Assembly (NCBI GenBank): GCA_017615975.1
Contig: JAFZYZ010000027.1
Coordinates: 1 to 51,445, forward strand
DNA length: 51,445 nt
Reading direction: 5' to 3'
From: Clostridia bacterium
GTDB taxonomy: Bacteria; Bacillota; Clostridia; Christensenellales; Borkfalkiaceae
Part shown: positions 18,616 to 26,415 of the stretch, one piece after another
Numbering within the stretch: position 1 is the stretch's first letter
Layout of the letters: every line of letters starts with the position of its first letter
Notes under the pieces: model-generated
Seen by the model: the letters and a program-made list of their open reading frames with translations, nothing else
What the model was told of the DNA's origin: nothing
Databases searched by the model: none
Program-made: the position numbers and the translations under genes

Positions 18616-19908
18616 TTATAAAAATTTTACTATATTTTTAGTGTCTTTGTCAACTTTTACGCTGTCAGAAACAGCAATTCCCGCAATTATCAGCACGTCG
18701 TTTCCGTCCGCGATAAGTAAAATGCCGTTCCTGTCTTTTAGGGGTATTTTTCTGTCGGTAAAATAGTCTGCAAGACTTTTCGTTCCGCCGCCGAACTTTT
18801 TGAATCGGTCGCCCTTTCTGCGGAAACGTATCACCGCGCTTTCGGGGATCTTGTCAAAGTCCGCGTAAAATCCTTTTTTAAGTTCTTCGTCAGATATTTT
18901 TTCGCAGGGGGAAACGGAGACGGTGCGCCCGTTTAGCGCGTGTAAGCCCGTAGTAAAGGGAATAGACACGTCGTTTTCGCAAGGGAGTTCCTTAAACAGC
19001 GTTATTTTGTCGTATTCTCTCGCCGCTTTTATGCCGAGCGGAAGGTATATCGTCTTGCCGTTTTCTTTTTGGGATAAAGCGCACACGTCGTCAACGTGTA
19101 TCTTCTCGTAATCGCGTTTGAGTCCTAGATTTTTAAGCGCTATAATAACCGCGCGCGCCATAACCGCTTTTGGCGTGTCAGTCGCTATTTTATAGCCGTC
19201 GCCGTGTCGGAACACCGCGTTTTCCGCAAGTGCGGATAAAAACTCGTCTTCGGTTTTAAGCGTTTCGGTAAGCCGAAGTACGCTTTTTTCCGCTTCGGGA
19301 AAAATTTCTTTGATTTTGGGTATCACGTTAAGCCGCAGAAAGTTGCGGGTGTAATCAATGCAGAAGTTGGTTTCGTCGTTTACGAACGGAATATCGTGTT
19401 TTTTGACGTAATCGGTTATTTCTGCTTTGCTTAATTTTATAAACGGGCGGTATATTACGCCGTTGTAGTCTCTTATGCCCGTAAGTCCTTTTACGCCGGT
19501 GCCGCGGAATAGGTTAAACAGTACCGATTCTAAATTGTCCGAACTGTGGTGCGCGGTAAGTACCGCGTCGCACTTGCCGTTTTTAACCGCGTCAAAAAAG
19601 CACTCGTATCTTAAAATGCGTGCCGCCTGTTCTAACGGAATTTTGTCAGTTTTGGCTTTTTTCGGGGCGTCAACTTTGTATTCTAAAATGGGAATACCGT
19701 TTTTTTCGCAGTAATCTTTTACGAACGCCGTATCGCGCAAAGAAGATTCGCCGCGTATGCCGTGTTCGACGTTTAATGCAACGGTTTTAATCTGAAAACG
19801 CGCGCAAAAGTTTACGGAAAAGTGCAGAAGCGCCATAGAATCCGCGCCGCCGCTTACGGCAACGGCAACGGTCTTTCCGTATAAGTTTTTACTGATTTCG
19901 GCGTTCAT
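18616..19908 (-). CDS. tilS: tRNA(Ile)-lysidine synthetase
   Basis: 430 aa. PP-loop VAVSGGADSMAL. Conserved tilS-hpt order. Confidence 0.9.
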   Translation of the reverse strand: MNAEISKNLYGKTVAVAVSGGADSMALLHFSVNFCARFQIKTVALNVEHGIRGESSLRDTAFVKDYCEKNGIPILEYKVDAPKKAKTDKIPLEQAARILRYECFFDAVKNGKCDAVLTAHHSSDNLESVLFNLFRGTGVKGLTGIRDYNGVIYRPFIKLSKAEITDYVKKHDIPFVNDETNFCIDYTRNFLRLNVIPKIKEIFPEAEKSVLRLTETLKTEDEFLSALAENAVFRHGDGYKIATDTPKAVMARAVIIALKNLGLKRDYEKIHVDDVCALSQKENGKTIYLPLGIKAAREYDKITLFKELPCENDVSIPFTTGLHALNGRTVSVSPCEKISDEELKKGFYADFDKIPESAVIRFRRKGDRFKKFGGGTKSLADYFTDRKIPLKDRNGILLIADGNDVLIIAGIAVSDSVKVDKDTKNIVKFL

Positions 19909-20036
19909 AAATATATTGTATCATAAGGGTAATAAAAATTTCAAGCGAAGAATATGCTATTTTACGGATAAAAACCGATTTTTTACTATAAACGGGTTTT
20001 CGCGGTAAAAACATATTAAAAAGTATCGAATAATTA

Positions 20037-20065
20037 TTGACAAAAGCGAAATAATGGTATATTAT
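20037..20065 (+). promoter_or_regulatory. sigma-A-type promoter for the tRNA gene
   Basis: TTGACA (20037-20042), 17-nt spacer, TATTAT (20060-20065), about 45 nt upstream of the tRNA 5' end. Confidence 0.5.
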
Positions 20066-20108
20066 ATAAAAGCATCTTTTGAAAGAGTGCTTTCGGGGGG
20101 TGCTGTAT

Positions 20109-20186
<78 letters not shown>

Positions 20187-20194
20187 AGGTAGTT

Positions 20195-20229
20195 GGACTA
20201 AAAGTCTTCTGACTTTTAGTCCATTTTCT
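20195..20229 (+). terminator. rho-independent terminator after the tRNA
   Basis: Perfect 12-bp stem ggactaaaagtc / gacttttagtcc with loop ttct, followed by attttct. Confidence 0.8.
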
Positions 20230-20340
20230 ATTATTTTAAGCCAAAATTAGGCACTTTTTAATAATTTTGGTTTCCAAGAGTATTCTTTTATTATCGAAAA
20301 ATACTTTCTAACACACTTCTATCGTATTAGACAAAAACTA

Positions 20341-20368
20341 GGCTGTGGTGGGATTTGAACCTATTAGG
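20341..20368 (-). pseudogene. orphan tRNA 3' fragment (T-loop plus acceptor 3' strand only)
   Basis: The minus strand reads aggttcaaatcccaccacagcc. No matching 5' acceptor (ggctgtg), D arm or anticodon arm follows, and the fragment differs from the 3' end of the tRNA-fMet. Confidence 0.45.
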
Positions 20369-20388
20369 AAAAAACTTTTACTAATTAC

Positions 20389-20417
20389 TTGACTTGCGGT
20401 CAACAAAATGATAAAAT
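20389..20417 (+). promoter_or_regulatory. promoter of the TetR gene with an overlapping palindromic operator; the transcript is probably leaderless
   Basis: TTGACT (20389-20394), 17-nt spacer, TAAAAT (20412-20417). Palindrome TTGAC-ttgcg-GTCAA at 20389-20403. ATG 20424 lies 7 nt after the -10 element and has no SD. Confidence 0.5.
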
Positions 20418-20423
20418 AAAAAT

Positions 20424-20957
20424 ATGAAATACAACAACGAGACACGGACGAAAGTTTCCGCAGAGAAAAAAGAGAAGATTATAGAGTGCGCGTTAAGGCT
20501 GATAGAAGAAAGGGGATACGATAATGTTTCCGTTTCGGAAATTACGAAAGCGGCGGGCGTATCCAAGGGTGCGTTTTATATTCACTTTAATTCCAAAGAA
20601 GATTTAATTATAAAGCAAATAAACCTGTTTTTTGACGACGGCAAACTTGACGGGGATTTTACGGTTTACGAAAAGTTAAAACACTTTTTAATAAAGTCCG
20701 TTGAGAGAATAAAGAAAAACGGACTTAAAATGTGCCAGAGTTGGTTTGCGCACGCGGTGCAGGGGAACTTTTACGGTAAAAGTAAACTATCTTATGACTT
20801 AAAACACGTAAACGAACTCGTGAAAGACGAAAATGTTGCAAGCGAGATAATAAGCGTTTACTACGGCGCGCTAAACCTTTGGTGCTTTACCGACGGCGAG
20901 TTAGAACCCGAAAAAACGATACTAAATTATATAGAAAAATTTAAGGAGGAAATGTAA
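20424..20957 (+). CDS. TetR/AcrR-family transcriptional regulator
   Basis: 177 aa. N-terminal HTH IIECALRLIEERGYDNVSVSEITKAAGVSKGAFYIHFNSKEDL. Confidence 0.85.
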   Translation: MKYNNETRTKVSAEKKEKIIECALRLIEERGYDNVSVSEITKAAGVSKGAFYIHFNSKEDLIIKQINLFFDDGKLDGDFTVYEKLKHFLIKSVERIKKNGLKMCQSWFAHAVQGNFYGKSKLSYDLKHVNELVKDENVASEIISVYYGALNLWCFTDGELEPEKTILNYIEKFKEEM

Positions 20958-20958
20958 G

Positions 20959-21807
20959 ATGAAAGAATTTGTACTAAACAACGGTGTGAAAATGCCAAAC
21001 GTAGGAATAGGTACTTTCCTGTTAGAGCCGAAAGATGCCGAAAACAGCGTTAGAGAGGCGCTCAAAATGGGCTACCGTATGATAGATACTGCAAACGTTT
21101 ACGTAAACGAACGTGCGGTAGGGCGCGGAATAAAGAAAAGCGGGGTTAAAAGAGAAGATATATTCGTATCCACGAAATTATGGTCGACAGAATACGAAAA
21201 CCCCAACGCGGTTGACGAAACGCTGGAAAGATTAGGGTTAGATTATATTGACCTACTCTTTTTACACCAACCGACAAGAAACTGGCGTGAAGGCTATAAG
21301 CAACTTATTAAAGCATATAAAGAAGGTAAAATCAGAGCGATAGGTATTTCAAATTTTGAAGGCGAGTATATAGAAGACGTCTTAAAAGAATTTAACGTTA
21401 AGCCGCAGGTTATTCAGGTAGAGTGCCACCCGTTTTTTCCGCAGGACGAATTAAGAAAGATAACCGAAAAAGAAGATATACGTATTATGTCCTGGTATCC
21501 TTTGGGCGGCAAAGGCAGGACGGGGGAACTTTTGAGCAATCCGATAGTTCTTGCCCTTGCCGAAAAGTATAATAAGAGTGCGGCGCAAATCGTCCTTAAA
21601 TGGCATATAGAGATGGGATTTATCGTTATCCCCGGCAGTAAGAACGCCGACCACATAAAAGCGAATATAGACATTTACGATTTTGCACTTACCGATGACG
21701 ATATGAAAGAAATGGCAAAACTCAATAAGGGCGAGAGAAGATATACGAGAACTGAAGCTGCACTTGACAGTTTTGCCAAATGGCAACCGACTTACGAAAA
21801 GGAGTGA
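20959..21807 (+). CDS. aldo/keto reductase
   Basis: 282 aa. GYRMIDTANVY, LWSTE and IGISNF motifs. Translationally coupled to the TetR gene. Confidence 0.85.
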   Translation: MKEFVLNNGVKMPNVGIGTFLLEPKDAENSVREALKMGYRMIDTANVYVNERAVGRGIKKSGVKREDIFVSTKLWSTEYENPNAVDETLERLGLDYIDLLFLHQPTRNWREGYKQLIKAYKEGKIRAIGISNFEGEYIEDVLKEFNVKPQVIQVECHPFFPQDELRKITEKEDIRIMSWYPLGGKGRTGELLSNPIVLALAEKYNKSAAQIVLKWHIEMGFIVIPGSKNADHIKANIDIYDFALTDDDMKEMAKLNKGERRYTRTEAALDSFAKWQPTYEKE

Positions 21808-21843
21808 AATATAAAAACTGTTAAAAAAAGAGAGTTATCAATA

Positions 21844-22455
21844 ATGACTGAATATGAAAGAATGGTAAAAGGGCTTATTTACGATCCCGCGGATAAAGAA
21901 ATAGTTGCCGAGCAAATTAAATTTCAGGATAAATTGTGGGAGTTTAACAAGTTAAAACCGTCCGACTACGACAAAAAACAACGCTATATGAAAGAAGTTT
22001 TTGCCGAGTGTGGTGATAACTGCTACATCGAACTGCCATTTCACGCAAACTGGGGCGGGCGTCACGTTCACTTCGGTTCGGATATTTATGCTAATTCAAA
22101 TCTCACGCTTGTGGACGACGAACATATCTACGTCGGGAACAAGGTTATGTTCGGCCCGAACGTTACCGTTGCCACCGCAAATCACCCGATAAACGCAGAG
22201 TTGAGAAGTCGCGCTTTGCAATATAATAAGGACGTTTATATAGGCGAAAACGTCTGGATAGGTGCGGGGGTTATAATAGTCCCCGGCGTTTCTATCGGTG
22301 AAAATACGGTAATCGGTGCGGGTAGCGTCGTAACGAAAGATATTCCGAAAAACGTGGTCGCCGTAGGTAATCCTTGCCGTGTCCTTAGAGAAATATCGGA
22401 AAAAGACCGTGAGGTTTTTTATAAAAACGAACCCATAGACTGGGAAAACCTATAA
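21844..22455 (+). CDS. maa: maltose/galactoside O-acetyltransferase (hexapeptide-repeat, Mac N-terminal domain)
   Basis: 203 aa. N-terminal MTEYERMVKGLIYDP..FNKL, followed by left-handed beta-helix repeats (IGENVWIGAGVIIVPGVSIGENTVIGAGSVV). Confidence 0.8.
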   Translation: MTEYERMVKGLIYDPADKEIVAEQIKFQDKLWEFNKLKPSDYDKKQRYMKEVFAECGDNCYIELPFHANWGGRHVHFGSDIYANSNLTLVDDEHIYVGNKVMFGPNVTVATANHPINAELRSRALQYNKDVYIGENVWIGAGVIIVPGVSIGENTVIGAGSVVTKDIPKNVVAVGNPCRVLREISEKDREVFYKNEPIDWENL

Positions 22456-22482
22456 TTTACGCTAAAAGTAAAAGGAGGAGTT

Positions 22483-23022
22483 ATGAAAAAAGTATTGATA
22501 ATATCGGGTAGTCCCCGTAAAAACGGCAATTCGGATATTTTATGCGACGAGTTTATGAAAGGGGCAATAGCAAGCGGCAACCAAGTGGAAAAAATCCGTG
22601 TTTCCGAAAAGAAGATTGATTTTTGCAGCGGTTGTTATTACTGCCAAAAATCGGGCGGCGTTTGCGCCAAAAAAGACGATATGGCGGACATATTGCAAAA
22701 GATGATAGACGCAGACGTTTTGGTTTTAGCAAGCCCCGTGTATTTTTACTCAATCGATGCACAGTTAAAAGCGCTTATCGACAGGACCGTCGCAAGGTGG
22801 ACGGAAGTTAAAAATAAAGAGTTTTACTACATAGTTACTTGCGCCGATGAAGAAAGGGAGTCGCAGGAAAGGACGATTGAGTGTTTCCGTGGCTACGCAG
22901 ACTGTGTGGAAGGGGCAGTCGAAAAGGGCATAATTTACGGCACGGGCGTTTACCAAAAAGGCGAAATAAAGGATACACCAGCATTTAAGGAAGCCTACGA
23001 AATGGGGCTGTCGGTTAAATAA
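22483..23022 (+). CDS. flavodoxin-fold NAD(P)H-dependent FMN reductase / iron-sulfur flavoprotein-like
   Basis: 179 aa. MKKVLIISGSPRKNGNS and a CSGCYYCQKSGGVC cysteine cluster. Confidence 0.65.
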   Translation: MKKVLIISGSPRKNGNSDILCDEFMKGAIASGNQVEKIRVSEKKIDFCSGCYYCQKSGGVCAKKDDMADILQKMIDADVLVLASPVYFYSIDAQLKALIDRTVARWTEVKNKEFYYIVTCADEERESQERTIECFRGYADCVEGAVEKGIIYGTGVYQKGEIKDTPAFKEAYEMGLSVK

Positions 23023-23037
23023 AAGGGAGATATAAAT

Positions 23038-23496
23038 ATGAAAACCTTAGTAGCATATTTTTCGGCAAGCGGAGTAACCAAGAGAACGGCGCAAAAACTT
23101 GCGAATCAACTAAACTGCGATACTTACGAGATTAAACCCGCCGTGCCTTATACGGATGCGGATCTAAACTGGATGGATAGAAATTCGAGAAGTTCGGTCG
23201 AGATGAAAGACAAGTCGTCAAGACCTGAAATCATAAAGGACGGCTTGGACGTTTCGGGTTACGATAGAATTTTACTCGGCTATCCCGTATGGTGGTACAC
23301 CGCCCCGACCATTATAAACACCTTTTTGGAAGCTTACGATTTCAGAGGTAAAAAAATAGTTCTATGGGCAACGAGTGGCGGTAGCGGACTCGGAAAAGCC
23401 AAAAACGATTTAGCAAAAAGCACCACGGCGACGATCGTTGACGGCAGGATACTCAACAACGATAAACAGATAGAGCAATTTATTAAGGAGTTATAA
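23038..23496 (+). CDS. flavodoxin-family protein
   Basis: 152 aa. N-terminal MKTLVAYFSASGVTKRTA FMN-phosphate loop, and PVWWYTAP. Confidence 0.6.
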   Translation: MKTLVAYFSASGVTKRTAQKLANQLNCDTYEIKPAVPYTDADLNWMDRNSRSSVEMKDKSSRPEIIKDGLDVSGYDRILLGYPVWWYTAPTIINTFLEAYDFRGKKIVLWATSGGSGLGKAKNDLAKSTTATIVDGRILNNDKQIEQFIKEL

Positions 23497-23498
23497 AA

Positions 23499-24671
23499 AT
23501 GATTGATAATTTTACTTACAACACACCTACAAAACTTATTTTCGGTAAGGGCGTGATAAAGGAACTGCCTAAAGTTTTGGCGGGTTTCGGCAAGAATGTG
23601 CTTTTGACTTACGGCGGCGGTTCGATAAAGAAAATGGGGCTTTATGACGAAGTTTATAAACTTCTTAAAGGTTTTAACATCATAGAACTTTCGGGCATTG
23701 AGCCGAACCCCAAATACGATCCGTCGGTAATTACGGGTGCAAAACTTTGTAAGGAACATAATATTGACGTAATTTTAGCCGTCGGCGGCGGTTCGGTTTT
23801 AGATTGTTCTAAAGCGATTTCCGTTTGCGCTAAATACGACGGCGAAGGCTGGGATTTGATTTCGGGCAAAGTAAAGGCAAAGACGAGTATTCCTATCGTT
23901 GACATTATTACGCTTGCGGCAACTGGTAGCGAATACGATATGGGTTGTGTTATATCCAATACCGCTATAAACGACAAGCGCGGGTATTTGGACGAACTTT
24001 TATATCCCGCCGTATCATTTTTAGATCCGGAATATACTTACAGCGTAAATAAGTGGCAGACGGCTTGCGGGACGGCGGACGCTATAAATCACGTTTTAGA
24101 ACAGTTTTTTGCGACGCCTAATTCGCAGTTTAACGACGGCGTTATGATTTCCGCATTAAAATCCTTAATGACTAACGTTAAAATCGCCTTGGAAAAACCT
24201 GATGACTTTTCGGCACGCAGCGAACTTATGTACGTTTGCAGTTGGGGATGTAACGGAATTCTCGCAAACGGTTCGGGGTATTCGGGCTGGCCGATGCACT
24301 CGATAGAACACGCGCTTTCCGCATATTTCGATATAACACACGGTGCGGGGCTTGCGATAATCACACCACGCTGGATGAAAGAGATTTTGTCTGAAAGAAC
24401 AGTCGAACGCTTTATAACTCTCGGCATGGGATTATTCGGCTTTGATAAAAGTTTGCCCGATATGGAAATGGCGGGAAAGACAATAGATGCATTCTATAAT
24501 TTCTTTGAGTCGATAGGTATTCCTATGCATTTAGGAGAACTCGGCGTAAAAGCAGACAAAATCGACGAAATGGCGGACCATATTTTAGTAAACGACAGCA
24601 CAAACGAGCCTTGGATGTTCGCCCCACTCGATAAATCGGCACTTATCAGAATATTAAAAGCAAGTATGTAA
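23499..24671 (+). CDS. iron-containing (group III) alcohol dehydrogenase, butanol-dehydrogenase-like
   Basis: 390 aa. AVGGGSVLDCSKA NAD-binding motif, and His-rich metal motifs HSIEHALSAYFDITHGAG. Confidence 0.85.
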   Translation: MIDNFTYNTPTKLIFGKGVIKELPKVLAGFGKNVLLTYGGGSIKKMGLYDEVYKLLKGFNIIELSGIEPNPKYDPSVITGAKLCKEHNIDVILAVGGGSVLDCSKAISVCAKYDGEGWDLISGKVKAKTSIPIVDIITLAATGSEYDMGCVISNTAINDKRGYLDELLYPAVSFLDPEYTYSVNKWQTACGTADAINHVLEQFFATPNSQFNDGVMISALKSLMTNVKIALEKPDDFSARSELMYVCSWGCNGILANGSGYSGWPMHSIEHALSAYFDITHGAGLAIITPRWMKEILSERTVERFITLGMGLFGFDKSLPDMEMAGKTIDAFYNFFESIGIPMHLGELGVKADKIDEMADHILVNDSTNEPWMFAPLDKSALIRILKASM

Positions 24672-24684
24672 TAATGAATTAACA

Positions 24685-24717
24685 AAAAGGCGGTTGAGAC
24701 AATTTCAACCGCTTTTC
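24685..24717. terminator. bidirectional terminator at the left edge of the AT-rich island
   Basis: Stem gcggttga / tcaaccgc with loop gacaatt, an A-run before and ttttc after. It lies between convergent genes. Confidence 0.7.
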
Positions 24718-25194
24718 TTATTCAGCAAAGTTTATATAAGGTTTCTTTTTTCGAATTGCGTAGTCTAGGGTTTTTCTAGCACCACCCCAAGAATATTTTA
24801 CATAAGCAATTAGCAGGTCGCAATTTTCAACCATCCACTCATTGCGCTTTAATATTGCAAATTTCTTTGGCACGTTTTCAAGTGGGGGATATAGAGTGCT
24901 ATCATATATTTCATTTGCAATTTGTAATTTACTATAAGATGAATCCAGGTATGGAGAAATAAAAACGAGTTCTATATTTGGGAAATCTTTTTTAAGCTTT
25001 CTTAATATGGAAAAAGCAAGACTATCAAAATCACCATATCCACCAAGGTAAAATTTTGCATTAGGATATTGCCTAATTTTTTCAATAAGAGACTCTTTAA
25101 TTTTGTCGGCGACGCTTTGGTCGATATTTATATTTCCATGTCCGCAGAATGTTATAATCAAATTATTACCACACATATATGTGTATAATAACAC
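24718..25194 (-). CDS. DUF1273 / SLOG-family protein
   Basis: 158 aa. The pattern FCGHG..LGGYGDFD..KRNEWMVENCDLLIAYV..GGARKTLDYA is typical of this family. The start is uncertain (GTG 25194 or ATG 25176), and neither has a clear SD. Confidence 0.5.
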   Translation of the reverse strand: MLLYTYMCGNNLIITFCGHGNINIDQSVADKIKESLIEKIRQYPNAKFYLGGYGDFDSLAFSILRKLKKDFPNIELVFISPYLDSSYSKLQIANEIYDSTLYPPLENVPKKFAILKRNEWMVENCDLLIAYVKYSWGGARKTLDYAIRKKKPYINFAE

Positions 25195-25284
25195 AAAAGA
25201 GAGGTAAAACGCAAACTATAAACACATAGGTGTGTCTATTATTTTTTAAATGCGCATTATAATACAACAAACACATATGGGTGT
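25171..25284. promoter_or_regulatory. three ACAC-N6-GTGT palindromes (putative operators) in the divergent SLOG / XRE control region
   Basis: acacatatatgtgt (25171-25184, a perfect palindrome), acacataggtgtgt (25222-25235) and acacatatgggtgt (25271-25284). They are spaced 51 and 49 bp apart. A TATAAT lies at 25258-25263 between sites 2 and 3. Confidence 0.45.
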
Positions 25285-25298
25285 TTAGGGGTGTTATA

Positions 25299-25532
25299 AT
25301 GAAGTTATATCAAGCAATTGCTAAAAGAACAGAAAATCTTTCATCTGAAAAGGGGTTGTCCCAGTATAAAGTTGCGCAGCTAGCGGGAACATATCAGCAA
25401 AATATAAATAGGTTAATAAACGGGGAGATCCACAATGTTAGTTCAGTTCTCGTGTGGAATATTTGCTGCGCTTTTGGAATTACATTAAAAGAATTTTATG
25501 ACGACCCATTATTTGATGAAATAGACGATTAG
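25299..25532 (+). CDS. XRE-family HTH transcriptional regulator (77 aa)
   Basis: ATG 25299 has an AGGGGTG SD. HTH LSQYKVAQLAGTYQQNINRLINGE. Confidence 0.75.
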   Translation: MKLYQAIAKRTENLSSEKGLSQYKVAQLAGTYQQNINRLINGEIHNVSSVLVWNICCAFGITLKEFYDDPLFDEIDD

Positions 25533-25583
25533 TGATAATTTTGAGACAAGAGATAGAAATTAAGCGTATTTTTATAAAAAAGC

Positions 25584-25620
25584 TGGTAGTTTTGAAATAT
25601 AAGCTACCTTTTTTATTTTT
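25584..25620 (+). terminator. probable terminator after the XRE gene
   Basis: Imperfect stem ggtagttt / aagctacc, followed by ttttttattttt. Confidence 0.45.
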
Positions 25621-25733
25621 ACGGAAAGCACCTTTATTTCCTTAAAGTTGTTCTTTACAAAATCATACAATATACTTGTATTTTAAGATAAAACATGATA
25701 AACTTAATATAATAACCTGAAAGAGGTGTAAAT

Positions 25734-25940
25734 ATGGCTATAAGTTATAACAAATTATGGAAACTTTTAATTGATAAAGGCATGACGAGAACTCAGTTGC
25801 AAAAGGCGGCGGAGATGTCTTCTACTACCTTGGCGAAGCTTGGCAAAAACGAAACCGTCTCTATGGACGTGATGCTAAGGATATGTAAAGTGTTGGACTG
25901 TGGCTTTGAAGATATAATTGATGTCACTAAGGAGAACTAG
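25734..25940 (+). CDS. small XRE/Cro-type HTH regulator (68 aa)
   Basis: MTRTQLQKAAEMSSTTLAKLGKNETVSMDVMLRICKVLDC is the typical short HTH_26-like layout. GAGGTG SD. Confidence 0.75.
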   Translation: MAISYNKLWKLLIDKGMTRTQLQKAAEMSSTTLAKLGKNETVSMDVMLRICKVLDCGFEDIIDVTKEN

Positions 25941-25941
25941 C

Positions 25942-26334
25942 ATGCAAGAAGTATATGATTTTTTGAAAAAGTGTGGGACTTATTATTTGGCGACGGTTGA
26001 CGGCGACAAACCGAAAGTCAGACCGTTCGGCACGGTAGATATCTTTGAAGATAGACTTTATATCCAGACGGGTAAAGTCAAGCCGACTAGCAAGCAGATT
26101 CATGCTAACCCGAACGTAGAGATTTGTGCGTTTGATGGAAATAAATGGTTAAGGCTTTCGGGCAAACTTGTTTCAGATGATAGACGAGAAGCAAAAAAGC
26201 ATATGCTTGACAATTATCCGATGCTTCGCAATATGTATAACGAAGACGACGGCAATACGGAAGTTTTTTATTTCAAAAACGCCACGGCAACTTTCTCGTC
26301 TTTCACCGAACCGCCGAAAAAAATTAAATTTTAA
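25942..26334 (+). CDS. pyridoxamine-5'-phosphate-oxidase-like FMN-binding split-barrel protein
   Basis: ATG 25942 has an AAGGAGA SD. YLATVDGDKPKVRPFG..LYIQTGKVK..NPNVEICAF pattern. Confidence 0.55.
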   Translation: MQEVYDFLKKCGTYYLATVDGDKPKVRPFGTVDIFEDRLYIQTGKVKPTSKQIHANPNVEICAFDGNKWLRLSGKLVSDDRREAKKHMLDNYPMLRNMYNEDDGNTEVFYFKNATATFSSFTEPPKKIKF

Positions 26335-26415
26335 GAAAAATGTTTTTAATATGAACGGAATTGTCATATTTGTTATGCTAAACTTGGTTTAGCATAAAGC
26401 AGAAGGGTGTATTAA

